A stretch of 33,240 bases of DNA from Spirochaetales bacterium (lineage in GTDB: Bacteria; Spirochaetota; Spirochaetia; DSM-27196; SLAA01). Positions 15,081 to 23,077 of the stretch are shown one piece after another. Where the stretch lies: contig SLBH01000308.1 of assembly GCA_007126415.1 (NCBI GenBank), positions 1 through 33,240 of the forward strand, in the 5' to 3' direction. A model generated the notes under the pieces. It searched no databases. It saw nothing but the letters and a program-made list of their open reading frames with translations, and had not been told where the DNA came from. Numbering within the stretch: the stretch's first letter is position 1; each line of letters opens with the position of its first letter. The position numbers and the translations under genes are program-made.

Positions 15081-15344
15081 ATGCGGCTCCTGACGCTTTC
15101 GAACATCACGCGTAACGACTCACCCATTCATTATCGGCGCACGTTCCAGGCTGCTGCTCGTTTCGACGTGCCGGGAAACGACACCGCCGAGGTATCGGTG
15201 GAGTTCGTTCTGGAGTCTCTGCCGACCGGAGAAACCTCGGTCACGGCGAGGTTTGTTGAGCACCCTCCGTTTCCGACGGTACCGGCGCTGCGCCTGCTGA
15301 AGCGGCATATCAGCGAGCTCAACCGCACCGGGCGGTTACCGTAG
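15081..15344 (+). CDS. Hypothetical protein (orf87)
   Basis: 87-aa ORF with coding-like third-position GC. It ends 6 nt before the tsaE ATG. There is no clear SD and no recognisable motif. Confidence 0.5.
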   Translation: MRLLTLSNITRNDSPIHYRRTFQAAARFDVPGNDTAEVSVEFVLESLPTGETSVTARFVEHPPFPTVPALRLLKRHISELNRTGRLP

Positions 15345-15350
15345 GTAGTT

Positions 15351-15812
15351 ATGGCAACCACCGCTACCATAACACTCCACGAGCAAGACACCACACGCAT
15401 CGCCGCAGAACTCGCCGAGCGCCTTGAGCCCGGCTCGGTCGTTGGCCTGCAAGGCGGGCTTGGACTCGGCAAGACCGTGTTCGCCAAAGCGCTTGCCGCC
15501 GCTCTTGGAGTCGAGGACACCGTTACCAGCCAGAGCTACACGATGGTCGCGGAGTACGAAGGCCGCCTCCCGTTCTTCCACGCCGATCTCTACCGTGTTC
15601 GCAGCGCTCCCGAGGTTGAAACCATCGGTCTCGAGGAGTACTTCGACCGAGGGGGTGTCACGGTTGTGGAGTGGTGCGACCGAGCACCGGAGATACTCCC
15701 GCCCGACGCCGTGGTCGTGAGCTTCGAGCTCACCGAAGGCGGCACGCGCCGAATTACCATCGAGGAACGCACAAGGAACGCGCATGACTCTCTTGAGCCT
15801 CGACAGCAGTAG
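15351..15812 (+). CDS. tsaE: tRNA threonylcarbamoyladenosine (t6A) biosynthesis ATPase TsaE
   Basis: P-loop LQGGLGLGKTVFAK, then TSQSYTMV and FHADLYR blocks typical of TsaE/YjeE. Confidence 0.9.
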   Translation: MATTATITLHEQDTTRIAAELAERLEPGSVVGLQGGLGLGKTVFAKALAAALGVEDTVTSQSYTMVAEYEGRLPFFHADLYRVRSAPEVETIGLEEYFDRGGVTVVEWCDRAPEILPPDAVVVSFELTEGGTRRITIEERTRNAHDSLEPRQQ

Positions 15813-16503
15813 CGAGATCCTAAGCGTGGCGCTCGCGGTCTACACCGCAGACCGCCGCGAGCACCTCGCCGAACGTAGCGTAGACGCCGGTCTCGGGCAC
15901 GCGCGTCGCGTCATGCCGATGATCCATGAGCTGCTTCACGCCTCGGGGCGTCGCCCGGGCGAGCTCGACGCAATCGTGGTCGGGGCCGGCCCCGGCTCGT
16001 TTACCGGCCTGCGGATCGCCTTTGCGACCGCGAAGGGCCTCGCGGCCGGTTCCGGTGCTCCGTATCTCGGCGTGAGCTCGCTCGAGGCGTTCGCAGCGCC
16101 GTATGCACAGCACCCGGGATTAGTGCTACCGGTACTCGACGCTCGCAAGCGCCGCTATTACGCCATGCTGATGCACCAAGGCCGGCGGCTGAGCGACGAG
16201 CTCGATCTCGGGGCAGGCGACCTTGCCCACGCCGCTCGCGAAGCCGCTCTGCGCCGCTCAGCGGCCTGCGCAGACACCCCGGTTCTGCTCACCGGCCCGG
16301 GGGCCGTGATGCTGTACAACGAGCTCGGGGACGACTCACGCTTCCTGCCGGCCTCCGACCCGCGGCGCCCGCCCGGCGCGGCTCTTATCGAGCTCGCGCT
16401 CCCGCTGATCGCGCGCGGCGCGTACGCCGGACCCGACGCGGGCCCGATCTACATCCGCAAGAGCGAGGCCGAGATCGGTATTCTTCGCAAGGCCGACGAC
16501 TGA
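15784..16503 (+). CDS. tsaB: tRNA t6A biosynthesis protein TsaB
   Basis: LSLDSSSEILSVALA and AIVVGAGPGSFTGLRIAFATAKGLA are YeaZ/TsaB hallmarks. It overlaps tsaE by 29 nt. Confidence 0.9.
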   Translation: MTLLSLDSSSEILSVALAVYTADRREHLAERSVDAGLGHARRVMPMIHELLHASGRRPGELDAIVVGAGPGSFTGLRIAFATAKGLAAGSGAPYLGVSSLEAFAAPYAQHPGLVLPVLDARKRRYYAMLMHQGRRLSDELDLGAGDLAHAAREAALRRSAACADTPVLLTGPGAVMLYNELGDDSRFLPASDPRRPPGAALIELALPLIARGAYAGPDAGPIYIRKSEAEIGILRKADD

Positions 16504-16504
16504 A

Positions 16505-16563
16505 CTCCGAAGCCCACGCGTGCGCGGGTAGCGCTGCTAATTGCCGATACCGGTGCTTCGGAG
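16505..16563. terminator. 9-bp inverted repeat (CTCCGAAGC ... GCTTCGGAG) in the convergent gap between tsaB and csrA; possible bidirectional terminator or structured element
   Basis: Positions 16505-16513 are the exact reverse complement of 16555-16563, with a 41-nt intervening segment. There is no obvious U-tract. Confidence 0.3.
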
Positions 16564-16618
16564 CAGTGCTACGGAGCAGCGGCGCGGTAGCTCGGCGCGA
16601 TACGTGGTGGAGGTTCCG

Positions 16619-16867
16619 TTACTTCGTGGAGTTCTTGGGAGGAGCGCTCAGCATTCCCTCGAGCGACGGGACGCGACTCGGCTCGGTGTCGGCGGCGCTC
16701 ACGTTCTCGCGCTGGATAGCGTCGTATACTTCTTGGCGATGGATAGTGACGCGCGACGGTGCCTTGATACCGAGCTTCACCTGGTCGCCTTTGATCTCGA
16801 CCACCGACACCTCGATCTCGTCGCCGATGCGGATCGATTCGTGGAGCTTACGCGCTAATACCAGCAT
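16619..16867 (-). CDS. csrA: Carbon storage regulator CsrA (flagellar-type, with C-terminal extension)
   Basis: [48 protein letters not shown] is a canonical CsrA core. 82 aa in total. It starts 3 nt after the fliW stop. Confidence 0.95.
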   Translation of the reverse strand: MLVLARKLHESIRIGDEIEVSVVEIKGDQVKLGIKAPSRVTIHRQEVYDAIQRENVSAADTEPSRVPSLEGMLSAPPKNSTK

Positions 16868-16870
16868 TGC

Positions 16871-17317
16871 TTACTGTGCTTCAACCGCTTGGGGTGTTTC
16901 TTCGAGAATACGGTGCTTGGTGTGCCAGTGCGGACTGAGGTGAATACACTGCTTCCCGACTCGACGGCGCCGATTAATCACGAGCGGTCCCTGTAGGTTT
17001 GCGGTGAGTTGTTCCGGGCGCTCCGGCACGGTAACAATAGCGAACACGAGAATCTCATCCTCGGGCGGGCTACCGAGCTCTTCAAAGTCGAGGTCGGGAA
17101 TGTCGAGCAGATAGTCGGGACGAAACAGATAGGGATTGATCAGCAGAAAAGCCGGATTGACCGCCCGCAGGCTCTGCAGCCACAAGAACGGGGGACTCCC
17201 GGCATCGAGCAACGCAAACTCGGTGTGTTGCTCGAACCCGAACACACCCTGCGGAAACGCGATGATCTGGCGCTCCTCTATCGAGATCGGCCCAAAAGGT
17301 TTGGTATCTATCTGCAT
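16871..17317 (-). CDS. fliW: Flagellar assembly factor FliW (CsrA antagonist / flagellin-binding protein)
   Basis: IAFPQGVFGFEQHTEF.LL......PFLWLQS......AFLLINPYLFRPDY and NLQGPLVIN match the FliW family. Position is flgL-fliW-csrA. Confidence 0.9.
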   Translation of the reverse strand: MQIDTKPFGPISIEERQIIAFPQGVFGFEQHTEFALLDAGSPPFLWLQSLRAVNPAFLLINPYLFRPDYLLDIPDLDFEELGSPPEDEILVFAIVTVPERPEQLTANLQGPLVINRRRRVGKQCIHLSPHWHTKHRILEETPQAVEAQ

Positions 17318-17348
17318 CTTCCCTACCCGCCTATGACTCTATCGTAAC

Positions 17349-18596
17349 CTATCGCAAGAAATCCAGCAACGTCGGTTGTATCGTGCGCGCGGCGACCGCT
17401 GTCGCGGCGCGGTGCGTATGTTCGAGCATTCTGAGATCGGTTATCGCCTCGGCCATATCAATGTCACGCTCGTTCGAGAGACGATCTTGGTAGACCGGTT
17501 TCTCGTGCGCAAGACGCCGGTAGGTATGCTCGAGCCGCGCGGTCTGCGCTCCGATACGACCGAGATTGCCGTTGAGGTTGTCGAAGCCCTGGTCGATCCC
17601 ACGCAAAACGCCGCTTCCGATCTGCTCTTGATCGCCTTCAAACAGGTTGTCGCGCAGTGCAATCACCATATCAAACAACGACCCGCCCGAGACGCGCGCA
17701 TCGGAGGCGTAGTTTTGCGGCGGCCGACCGCCCTGTTCATCGAGGATTCCAAGGTCGCCCATTACCGAGCTGTTTTCCCCATCTTCTACCCAGATCTGGT
17801 GCGGCGAGGTGCTCTCGAGCACGAGCGAGTCCATAACCGGATCGAGTCGCGCACGGACCGCCGCGCCCGAGTCGTTTATCTTGGCGATGATCGAGTTGAT
17901 GTTGTCGCCTTCGGTGAGCCGAATCTCCTCGTTGTCGATGTAAACCGTGCTGTCTTGTTGTACCTGATACCCGGTCGCCTCAACCTCCGAAGCCACGGTC
18001 TGGTTTTCGGCCCAGAACAAACGGTTCCCGGGATTGTTCAAGGAAACCAACGAGCCTTCGCTCACCTCGGCCATCTTGCTGTCGATGTTGCCGAGATACT
18101 CGACGTCGGTGATAAGCTCACGATCGGCGCCGGGAACGTTGCCGTACACCGCCCGGAAGGCCTGCGAGGCGGTGCGCGTACCTGCGAAGATCGCGGTACC
18201 GTCGCCGTCCTTCGCGTTCGCCACCTCTACCATCTCGCGCAGGAGCTCGTCGACCTCGGCCCCCATCGCGGCGAGGTCTTCGCGCGCGTAGGTCCCGTGC
18301 GCACCTTGCACCGCGAGCTCTCGAATGCGCTGCAGCATATCGAGCTGTTGTCTCACGTACCCCTCGGCGGTCTCGTGCTTGTCCTTGGCGTACTGCGCGT
18401 TGTCGGCGTAGCGCTCGAGCCTCGTTAGGTAGCTTTCGTAGCGCGTGCTGTGCGCAGCCGAGAGCGGCGCGTCGCGCAGGTTTTGGATACGCGACTGAGA
18501 CGCGATCTGCTCCTGCGTGTGGTTCATGCGATGCTCGCGCATACGCATATGGTACTGCGCGTTATCGTTGGTAAGGTTGCTGCTGATTCGATACAT
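17349..18596 (-). CDS. flgL: Flagellar hook-associated protein 3 FlgL
   Basis: Flagellin-like N- and C-terminal helices (MYRISSNL..., LQRIRELAVQGAHGTY, C-terminal DIDMAEAITDLRMLEHTHRAATAVAARTIQPTLLDFL). The start overlaps the flgK stop (TAATG). Confidence 0.9.
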   Translation of the reverse strand: MYRISSNLTNDNAQYHMRMREHRMNHTQEQIASQSRIQNLRDAPLSAAHSTRYESYLTRLERYADNAQYAKDKHETAEGYVRQQLDMLQRIRELAVQGAHGTYAREDLAAMGAEVDELLREMVEVANAKDGDGTAIFAGTRTASQAFRAVYGNVPGADRELITDVEYLGNIDSKMAEVSEGSLVSLNNPGNRLFWAENQTVASEVEATGYQVQQDSTVYIDNEEIRLTEGDNINSIIAKINDSGAAVRARLDPVMDSLVLESTSPHQIWVEDGENSSVMGDLGILDEQGGRPPQNYASDARVSGGSLFDMVIALRDNLFEGDQEQIGSGVLRGIDQGFDNLNGNLGRIGAQTARLEHTYRRLAHEKPVYQDRLSNERDIDMAEAITDLRMLEHTHRAATAVAARTIQPTLLDFLR

Positions 18597-20470
18597 TATA
18601 CGCCCATCCTGTTGATGATGGTATCGAGCATTCGATCGACCTGCGTAATATAGCGGGCCGCTGCGGTATACGCATGCTGAAACTTGATCATCTGTGCGAG
18701 TTCCTCATCGATATTTACGCCGCTGATTGAGTCTCGCAGATCGTGTAGGTTCTTTGTGATTGCGTTCTGGGTATCAAGCGTCTGACGCGCTTCCTGCGCC
18801 GCGAGGCCGGCCGAGGCGGCGCTGTCGGCGAAGTAGTCGTCAAAAGTGCTGTCGCGACCTACCATTACGGGACGGTGACGCAGCTGCGCAATCTCCTGCG
18901 CGGCGCTTCCGTCGCCCGGTTCACCCGGGCGTCCTGCGGTACCGAACGACGCCGCGATCTTGGAGACATCCTGCTCGATTTCGCGGTTCAGTCGCATCCA
19001 ACCTGAAGGGTTGTTCAACGGCGCCACCTGGAACCCACTTTCGGCGACAAGCATATCGGTCATGTTCGGCTCGTCGAAGCGATAGGCGTTGTCGGCGCCG
19101 GTTCCGGTCAAGAGCCCGGCGTACCCGGCAAGAAACTGCCCGCTGTCCTCGAGTTGACGGATGACGAAATCAGGGTTATCCATATCCGACGCCGCGGTCG
19201 CTTTGAGGCTCAGCCGATTGTCTCGGTCGAGCCGCGCGCCGAGCTCGGCCCCGCTGGTGTTGATCCGCGCGATTACGTCCTCAACGGTGTCGGTGGGATG
19301 ATACTCGATATCGATTGTGCCGTCGGGGCCGGCGAGCGTCATGGTGCCGTCGATACCGATCTGCTGTTGCGCATCGAGTTCATTGGTCCCGGTAACACGA
19401 AAGAGATAGGTATGATCGAAGGCGCCGTCACCGCTACGGTCGTAGTTACCGATCACGTTCAGTACGGCCGGATACTCCACGAAAAAGTCACGCCCCGACT
19501 CTCCGTCGAGGCCGTACCCGTCGCGGTGCGTGTCGTTGACCAGATCGATGAAGTTGATCGTCATGTTGTCGAGACTCTGTAACTCACCGCGCAGATCTTC
19601 GTCGCGCAGCTCAACGAGCGCACCGAGCGCGCCTGTGCGGAGCTCCACGTCCTCGCCGCTGTGACTCCAAACCACCCTCGAGAAGCCGTTGTTCGCCGGT
19701 TCCGGAACGGTCTCGAACTCGCGCACGATGCCGCCTTGAACGAAACGATGTCCGCCGGTATGAACCGTGAACTCGTGCGGGTTGCGCGTCTCGATCGATA
19801 CCTCGATGTACTCTGCAAGCTTGCCGACCAACAGGTCGCGCCGGTCGAGCAGGTCGTTGGGATTGTCGCCGGCTGCCTTTGACTTGGTGATCTCGAGGTT
19901 GAGCTCGGCAATCTCGCGCCCGAGCTCGTTCACTTCCCGCACCTTGCCGCGGACCTCGTCCTCGAGCATCGAACGGATCTCGTTCAGGCTCCGGTTGCGC
20001 TGCTTGATGCCCTCGATCAAAGACTCGGCTCGCTCGCGAACCTGCTCACGGGCCGCGGTTTGCTCCGGGTGTATCGAGAGCTCTTGCCATGAGTCCCAGA
20101 AGCGGTCCATGAGATCGCGCACCGAGTGCTCGGTCGGTTCGTTGTAGACCTGGTCTACCATGAGCGTGAAGCGCTCGCGCTGCGTCCAGTAGCCCTCGAG
20201 GCTACTCTGCGATACGATGCGCCCCTCGAGTAGCATGTCTTTCACGCGCTCGATGCGCGCCACCTCAACGCCCTGGCCGAGCTGCCCCGGCCGCTCGGGG
20301 CGGTTCAACTGCGCGCGCGCGAGCGGGTGGAAGGCCTGCAGGTCCACACGCTGGCGGCTGTAGCCCTCGGTTGAAGCGTTCGAGAGGTTGTGCCCAATTG
20401 TACTGAGCCCGCGGTTATGCGCGAGGAGGCTTCGTTTTCCGATCTCTATCCCTGCGAAGGTCGACTGCAT
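18596..20470 (-). CDS. flgK: Flagellar hook-associated protein 1 FlgK
   Basis: MQSTFAGIEIGKRSLLAHNRGLSTIGHNLSNASTEGYSRQRV and the C-terminal GVNIDEELAQMIKFQHAYTAAARYITQVDRMLDTIINRM are canonical FlgK termini. Confidence 0.95.
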   Translation of the reverse strand: MQSTFAGIEIGKRSLLAHNRGLSTIGHNLSNASTEGYSRQRVDLQAFHPLARAQLNRPERPGQLGQGVEVARIERVKDMLLEGRIVSQSSLEGYWTQRERFTLMVDQVYNEPTEHSVRDLMDRFWDSWQELSIHPEQTAAREQVRERAESLIEGIKQRNRSLNEIRSMLEDEVRGKVREVNELGREIAELNLEITKSKAAGDNPNDLLDRRDLLVGKLAEYIEVSIETRNPHEFTVHTGGHRFVQGGIVREFETVPEPANNGFSRVVWSHSGEDVELRTGALGALVELRDEDLRGELQSLDNMTINFIDLVNDTHRDGYGLDGESGRDFFVEYPAVLNVIGNYDRSGDGAFDHTYLFRVTGTNELDAQQQIGIDGTMTLAGPDGTIDIEYHPTDTVEDVIARINTSGAELGARLDRDNRLSLKATAASDMDNPDFVIRQLEDSGQFLAGYAGLLTGTGADNAYRFDEPNMTDMLVAESGFQVAPLNNPSGWMRLNREIEQDVSKIAASFGTAGRPGEPGDGSAAQEIAQLRHRPVMVGRDSTFDDYFADSAASAGLAAQEARQTLDTQNAITKNLHDLRDSISGVNIDEELAQMIKFQHAYTAAARYITQVDRMLDTIINRMGV

Positions 20471-20485
20471 GGCGAACTCCCGCTC

Positions 20486-20989
20486 TCAGAGCGTCTGATC
20501 GAGGATCAACGCGCGCTGCGCGCCGCGTTGCTTAACGCCGTCGCGGGCGTACTGGCCGTCGGTGTCGGTCGGAAACAACTCGTGCAAAACCTCACGCGTT
20601 GTGTCGATAGCCTCGGTTGCGTAGCTCTTGATGCCGCGAGCACCCGCCTGAACCTGCAGCACCGCGATCTTTAGCCGACGGTACGCGTCGTTGAGTGCAG
20701 CACGCTCCTCCGAGCCGGCACGACGCAGAATCGCCCGGATCCCCGGTTGCTGAGCCGCGGGATCGTGCGCCACAATAGCGTGCGCTAAGCTAACGCGGCG
20801 TTCTTCGATTTGTGCGACCTCGCCCGAAACGCGCTCTAAATCCTTGATCACGCGGTCCAGCTCCGGCCAGTTACGCTCGACAAGGTGTTTGCGCAGGTCG
20901 TTCTGGCGCGTTGCCACACACTCCAGTAGCGTGATCTCGGTTTCTATCGCCTCTCTGAACTCACGAATACGCCTCTGCAATGCCGCCAC
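20486..20989 (-). CDS. flgN: FlgN-like flagellar export chaperone (tentative)
   Basis: 167-aa helical protein directly upstream of flgK. GTG start with GAGGAGG 6 nt upstream. The N-terminal pattern (LQRRIREFREAIETEITLLECVATRQNDLRKHLVERNWPELDRVIKDLE) is FlgN-like. The call rests on context and general pattern. Confidence 0.55.
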   Translation of the reverse strand: MAALQRRIREFREAIETEITLLECVATRQNDLRKHLVERNWPELDRVIKDLERVSGEVAQIEERRVSLAHAIVAHDPAAQQPGIRAILRRAGSEERAALNDAYRRLKIAVLQVQAGARGIKSYATEAIDTTREVLHELFPTDTDGQYARDGVKQRGAQRALILDQTL

Positions 20990-21020
20990 CCACGACCTCC
21001 TCTACACCGTTTCGGTACTC

Positions 21021-21047
21021 TTATCGGCACAATTCACCCCCAAATAA
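21021..21047 (-). promoter_or_regulatory. Sigma28-type promoter for flgN-flgK-flgL-fliW-csrA: perfect -10 GCCGATAA, weak -35
   Basis: The reverse strand reads GCCGATAA at 21028-21021, 32 nt upstream of the flgN GTG. The -35 region reads CTTTAT rather than TAAA. Confidence 0.45.
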
Positions 21048-21160
21048 AGGCCAAGGACAGCGATAAGGTTGCTCTCGCACGCGTTCGAGACGGTATCTTG
21101 GGACGGCAACTCGGGGCGCGCGGGGTGGTTTGAAGGGGCGAATTTGTTTATAATTCGGGC

Positions 21161-23071
21161 GTGTCCGCAAAGCAACGATGGTTCTCACAGCGGCGGCCGC
21201 GTTCCTCCTGGACAAAAGCCGTGGTCGCGACAAAGACACGTCGAGCAGCGCTCCCGCTCGCTATCGTCATGCTGTTGAGTCTGACGGTTCTCGGCATTGG
21301 ATTAAGCGTAGACCTCGAGTCCGCAACGGCGGAGAGTTCCGGCAACGACGGCGATCACTCGGCGGCCCCTAAAGCGGCCCCCAAAGCGGCTCCCGGCTCC
21401 CCCGCTGTGCCCGCTCTGGTACGCGAGCGTGGGTCGGACGGCGATGCATTGCCGGGATTTTGGCGTTCGGATGAGGTATCCGCAGTGGTTTCGGAGCTCA
21501 TGGGGGCGATGAGCGATGAGGAACGCGTTGCCCAGGTCTTCTTGCTCGGCTGGCAAGGAGTAGAGCCGAGCGATCGCATCATGGACTGGATCACGCAGCG
21601 TGGGCTCGGCGGCGTCAAGATATTCGGTTGGAACGCCGAGGACCTCACGGTCTTGAACGAATCAATTCGCTCGATGCAGGCCGCCGCCCTCGCTACTGAA
21701 CACGCGGTCCCGCTGTTCACCGCTACCGATCAAGAAGGCGGGTGGATTCGACACGTACGCGGAACCACCTCGATGACACCGGGGAACATGGCGATCGGGG
21801 CCACCGGTCTGCCGGATGACGCCTACCTCAGCGGATACCACATTGGACGCGAGCTGCGGGCGCTTGGCATAAACATGAATTTTGCGCCTACGGTGGACGT
21901 ATACACCAACTTCGAGGCGCACGTAATCGGCTCGCGAGCCTTCTCGGACGACCCGTTACAGACAGCCATTCTCGGCAACGCCTTTTATCGCGGCCTGGAG
22001 CACAACCGCGTAATCGCCACCGCTAAGCATTTCCCCGGTCATGGGAACGCATCCGAGGATTCCCACGGCGTGTTGCCGGTACTCGACGAAACAATCGAGG
22101 ACCTGCGTGATCGCGACCTTGTGCCGTACGAGTACTTGATCCGGGAGGGAATTCCCGCGGTCATGAGCGGTCACCTGAGTTTTCCCGAGATAATCGAGCC
22201 CGGGCTGCCGGCTTCGCTTTCGCGATACTTCAACACTACGCTGCTCCGCGAGGAGTTCGGGTTCGAAGGGCTCATGATCACCGACGATCTACAGATGAGC
22301 GGCGCGCGCGTTTACGAGCGCCGCCGGGGGCTGAGCTTCGGCCGTCTCGCGCTCGAGGCGCTCAAAGCCGGTGCCGATATGGTGATGCTGTCGCAGACCC
22401 CGGCGCTCAACGGCGAAGTATGGCGAACCGTGTTCGGCGAGTATCGGAATAACGACGAGTTTAGAGCCGAGGTCGATGCCTCTGTGGAGCGCATCCTGCG
22501 CACCAAGCTGGATTATCTTCGCGATGCGCAGCGCGTGACACTGCAACCTCGCGACGATCAGCTCGCCTTACACATATCCAATCAACCCGGACAAGAGTTC
22601 TTTTTCGACCATGCCGCGCGCAGCGTCTCGGTTATCAAGGACAACGCGCTCCCGCTCAGCAGCGATCGTGCAACCGACGTGCTTCTGGTAGGCGGAAACC
22701 GGTGGTTTCTTTCGGAAGGCCGCTCACGACTCCCCGGAGCCGACACTCTGCGGCTGCGCTCATCGTTCTACGACGTCTCTGCCGCCGATCGTAGCGCGAT
22801 CGAACGTGCAAGATCCAACTACGACGTGATCGTGTTTTCCCTGACCAGCCCGGCGACGCAAGAGCTCCTGGAGTTGTTGCGCGAGCACAACGGGAGCGTG
22901 ATCGTGCTCTCAACGCTGACGCCGGCCTATCTCGCGGAGCACAAATGGGTAGACGCAGCGGTTGCGGTTTACGGTATCGGGCGCAAGTCATTCGAGACCG
23001 GATTTGCAACACTGCTTGGTGAGATCAAACCTTCCGGACGCGTGCCGTTCCGTCTGCCCACCGGATGGTGA
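21161..23071 (+). CDS. Glycoside hydrolase family 3 protein (beta-N-acetylhexosaminidase/NagZ-like) with N-terminal signal or anchor and an extra C-terminal domain
   Basis: GH3 blocks GLGGVKIFGWN, KHFPGHGNASEDSHG, MSGHLSFPE and ITDDLQMSGA. Hydrophobic N-terminus RRAALPLAIVMLLSLTVLGIGLSV. The start is uncertain (GTG 21161 as listed; in-frame GTG and ATG lie further downstream). Confidence 0.85.
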   Translation: MSAKQRWFSQRRPRSSWTKAVVATKTRRAALPLAIVMLLSLTVLGIGLSVDLESATAESSGNDGDHSAAPKAAPKAAPGSPAVPALVRERGSDGDALPGFWRSDEVSAVVSELMGAMSDEERVAQVFLLGWQGVEPSDRIMDWITQRGLGGVKIFGWNAEDLTVLNESIRSMQAAALATEHAVPLFTATDQEGGWIRHVRGTTSMTPGNMAIGATGLPDDAYLSGYHIGRELRALGINMNFAPTVDVYTNFEAHVIGSRAFSDDPLQTAILGNAFYRGLEHNRVIATAKHFPGHGNASEDSHGVLPVLDETIEDLRDRDLVPYEYLIREGIPAVMSGHLSFPEIIEPGLPASLSRYFNTTLLREEFGFEGLMITDDLQMSGARVYERRRGLSFGRLALEALKAGADMVMLSQTPALNGEVWRTVFGEYRNNDEFRAEVDASVERILRTKLDYLRDAQRVTLQPRDDQLALHISNQPGQEFFFDHAARSVSVIKDNALPLSSDRATDVLLVGGNRWFLSEGRSRLPGADTLRLRSSFYDVSAADRSAIERARSNYDVIVFSLTSPATQELLELLREHNGSVIVLSTLTPAYLAEHKWVDAAVAVYGIGRKSFETGFATLLGEIKPSGRVPFRLPTGW

Positions 23072-23077
23072 GTCGCG

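Noticed and set aside
16543-16550. GCCGATAC sigma28-like -10 box on the plus strand downstream of tsaB
   Set aside because: There is no TAAA-like -35 at 15±1 nt and no downstream plus-strand gene; it faces the 3' end of csrA.
17376-18428. 350-aa ORF on the plus strand (and similar long ORFs at 26794..27972 +, 14156..14977 -, 24873..25490 -, 25267..26022 +, 8053..8646 -, 9881..10420 -)
   Set aside because: All of them lie antisense to, or out of frame with, genes that have unmistakable family motifs (flgL, the helicase, the PilZ gene, glgA, flaB). Their translations are Arg/Ala/Pro/Gly-rich low-complexity sequences, typical of spurious ORFs in high-GC DNA.
21149-21154. Perfect TATAAT hexamer 7 nt upstream of the listed GTG start of the GH3 gene
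   Set aside because: There is no acceptable -35 at 16-18 nt (TGGTTT at best; TTGAAG lies only 13 nt away). It would make the listed start leaderless, and the true start codon of this gene is uncertain. I therefore did not call it as a promoter.
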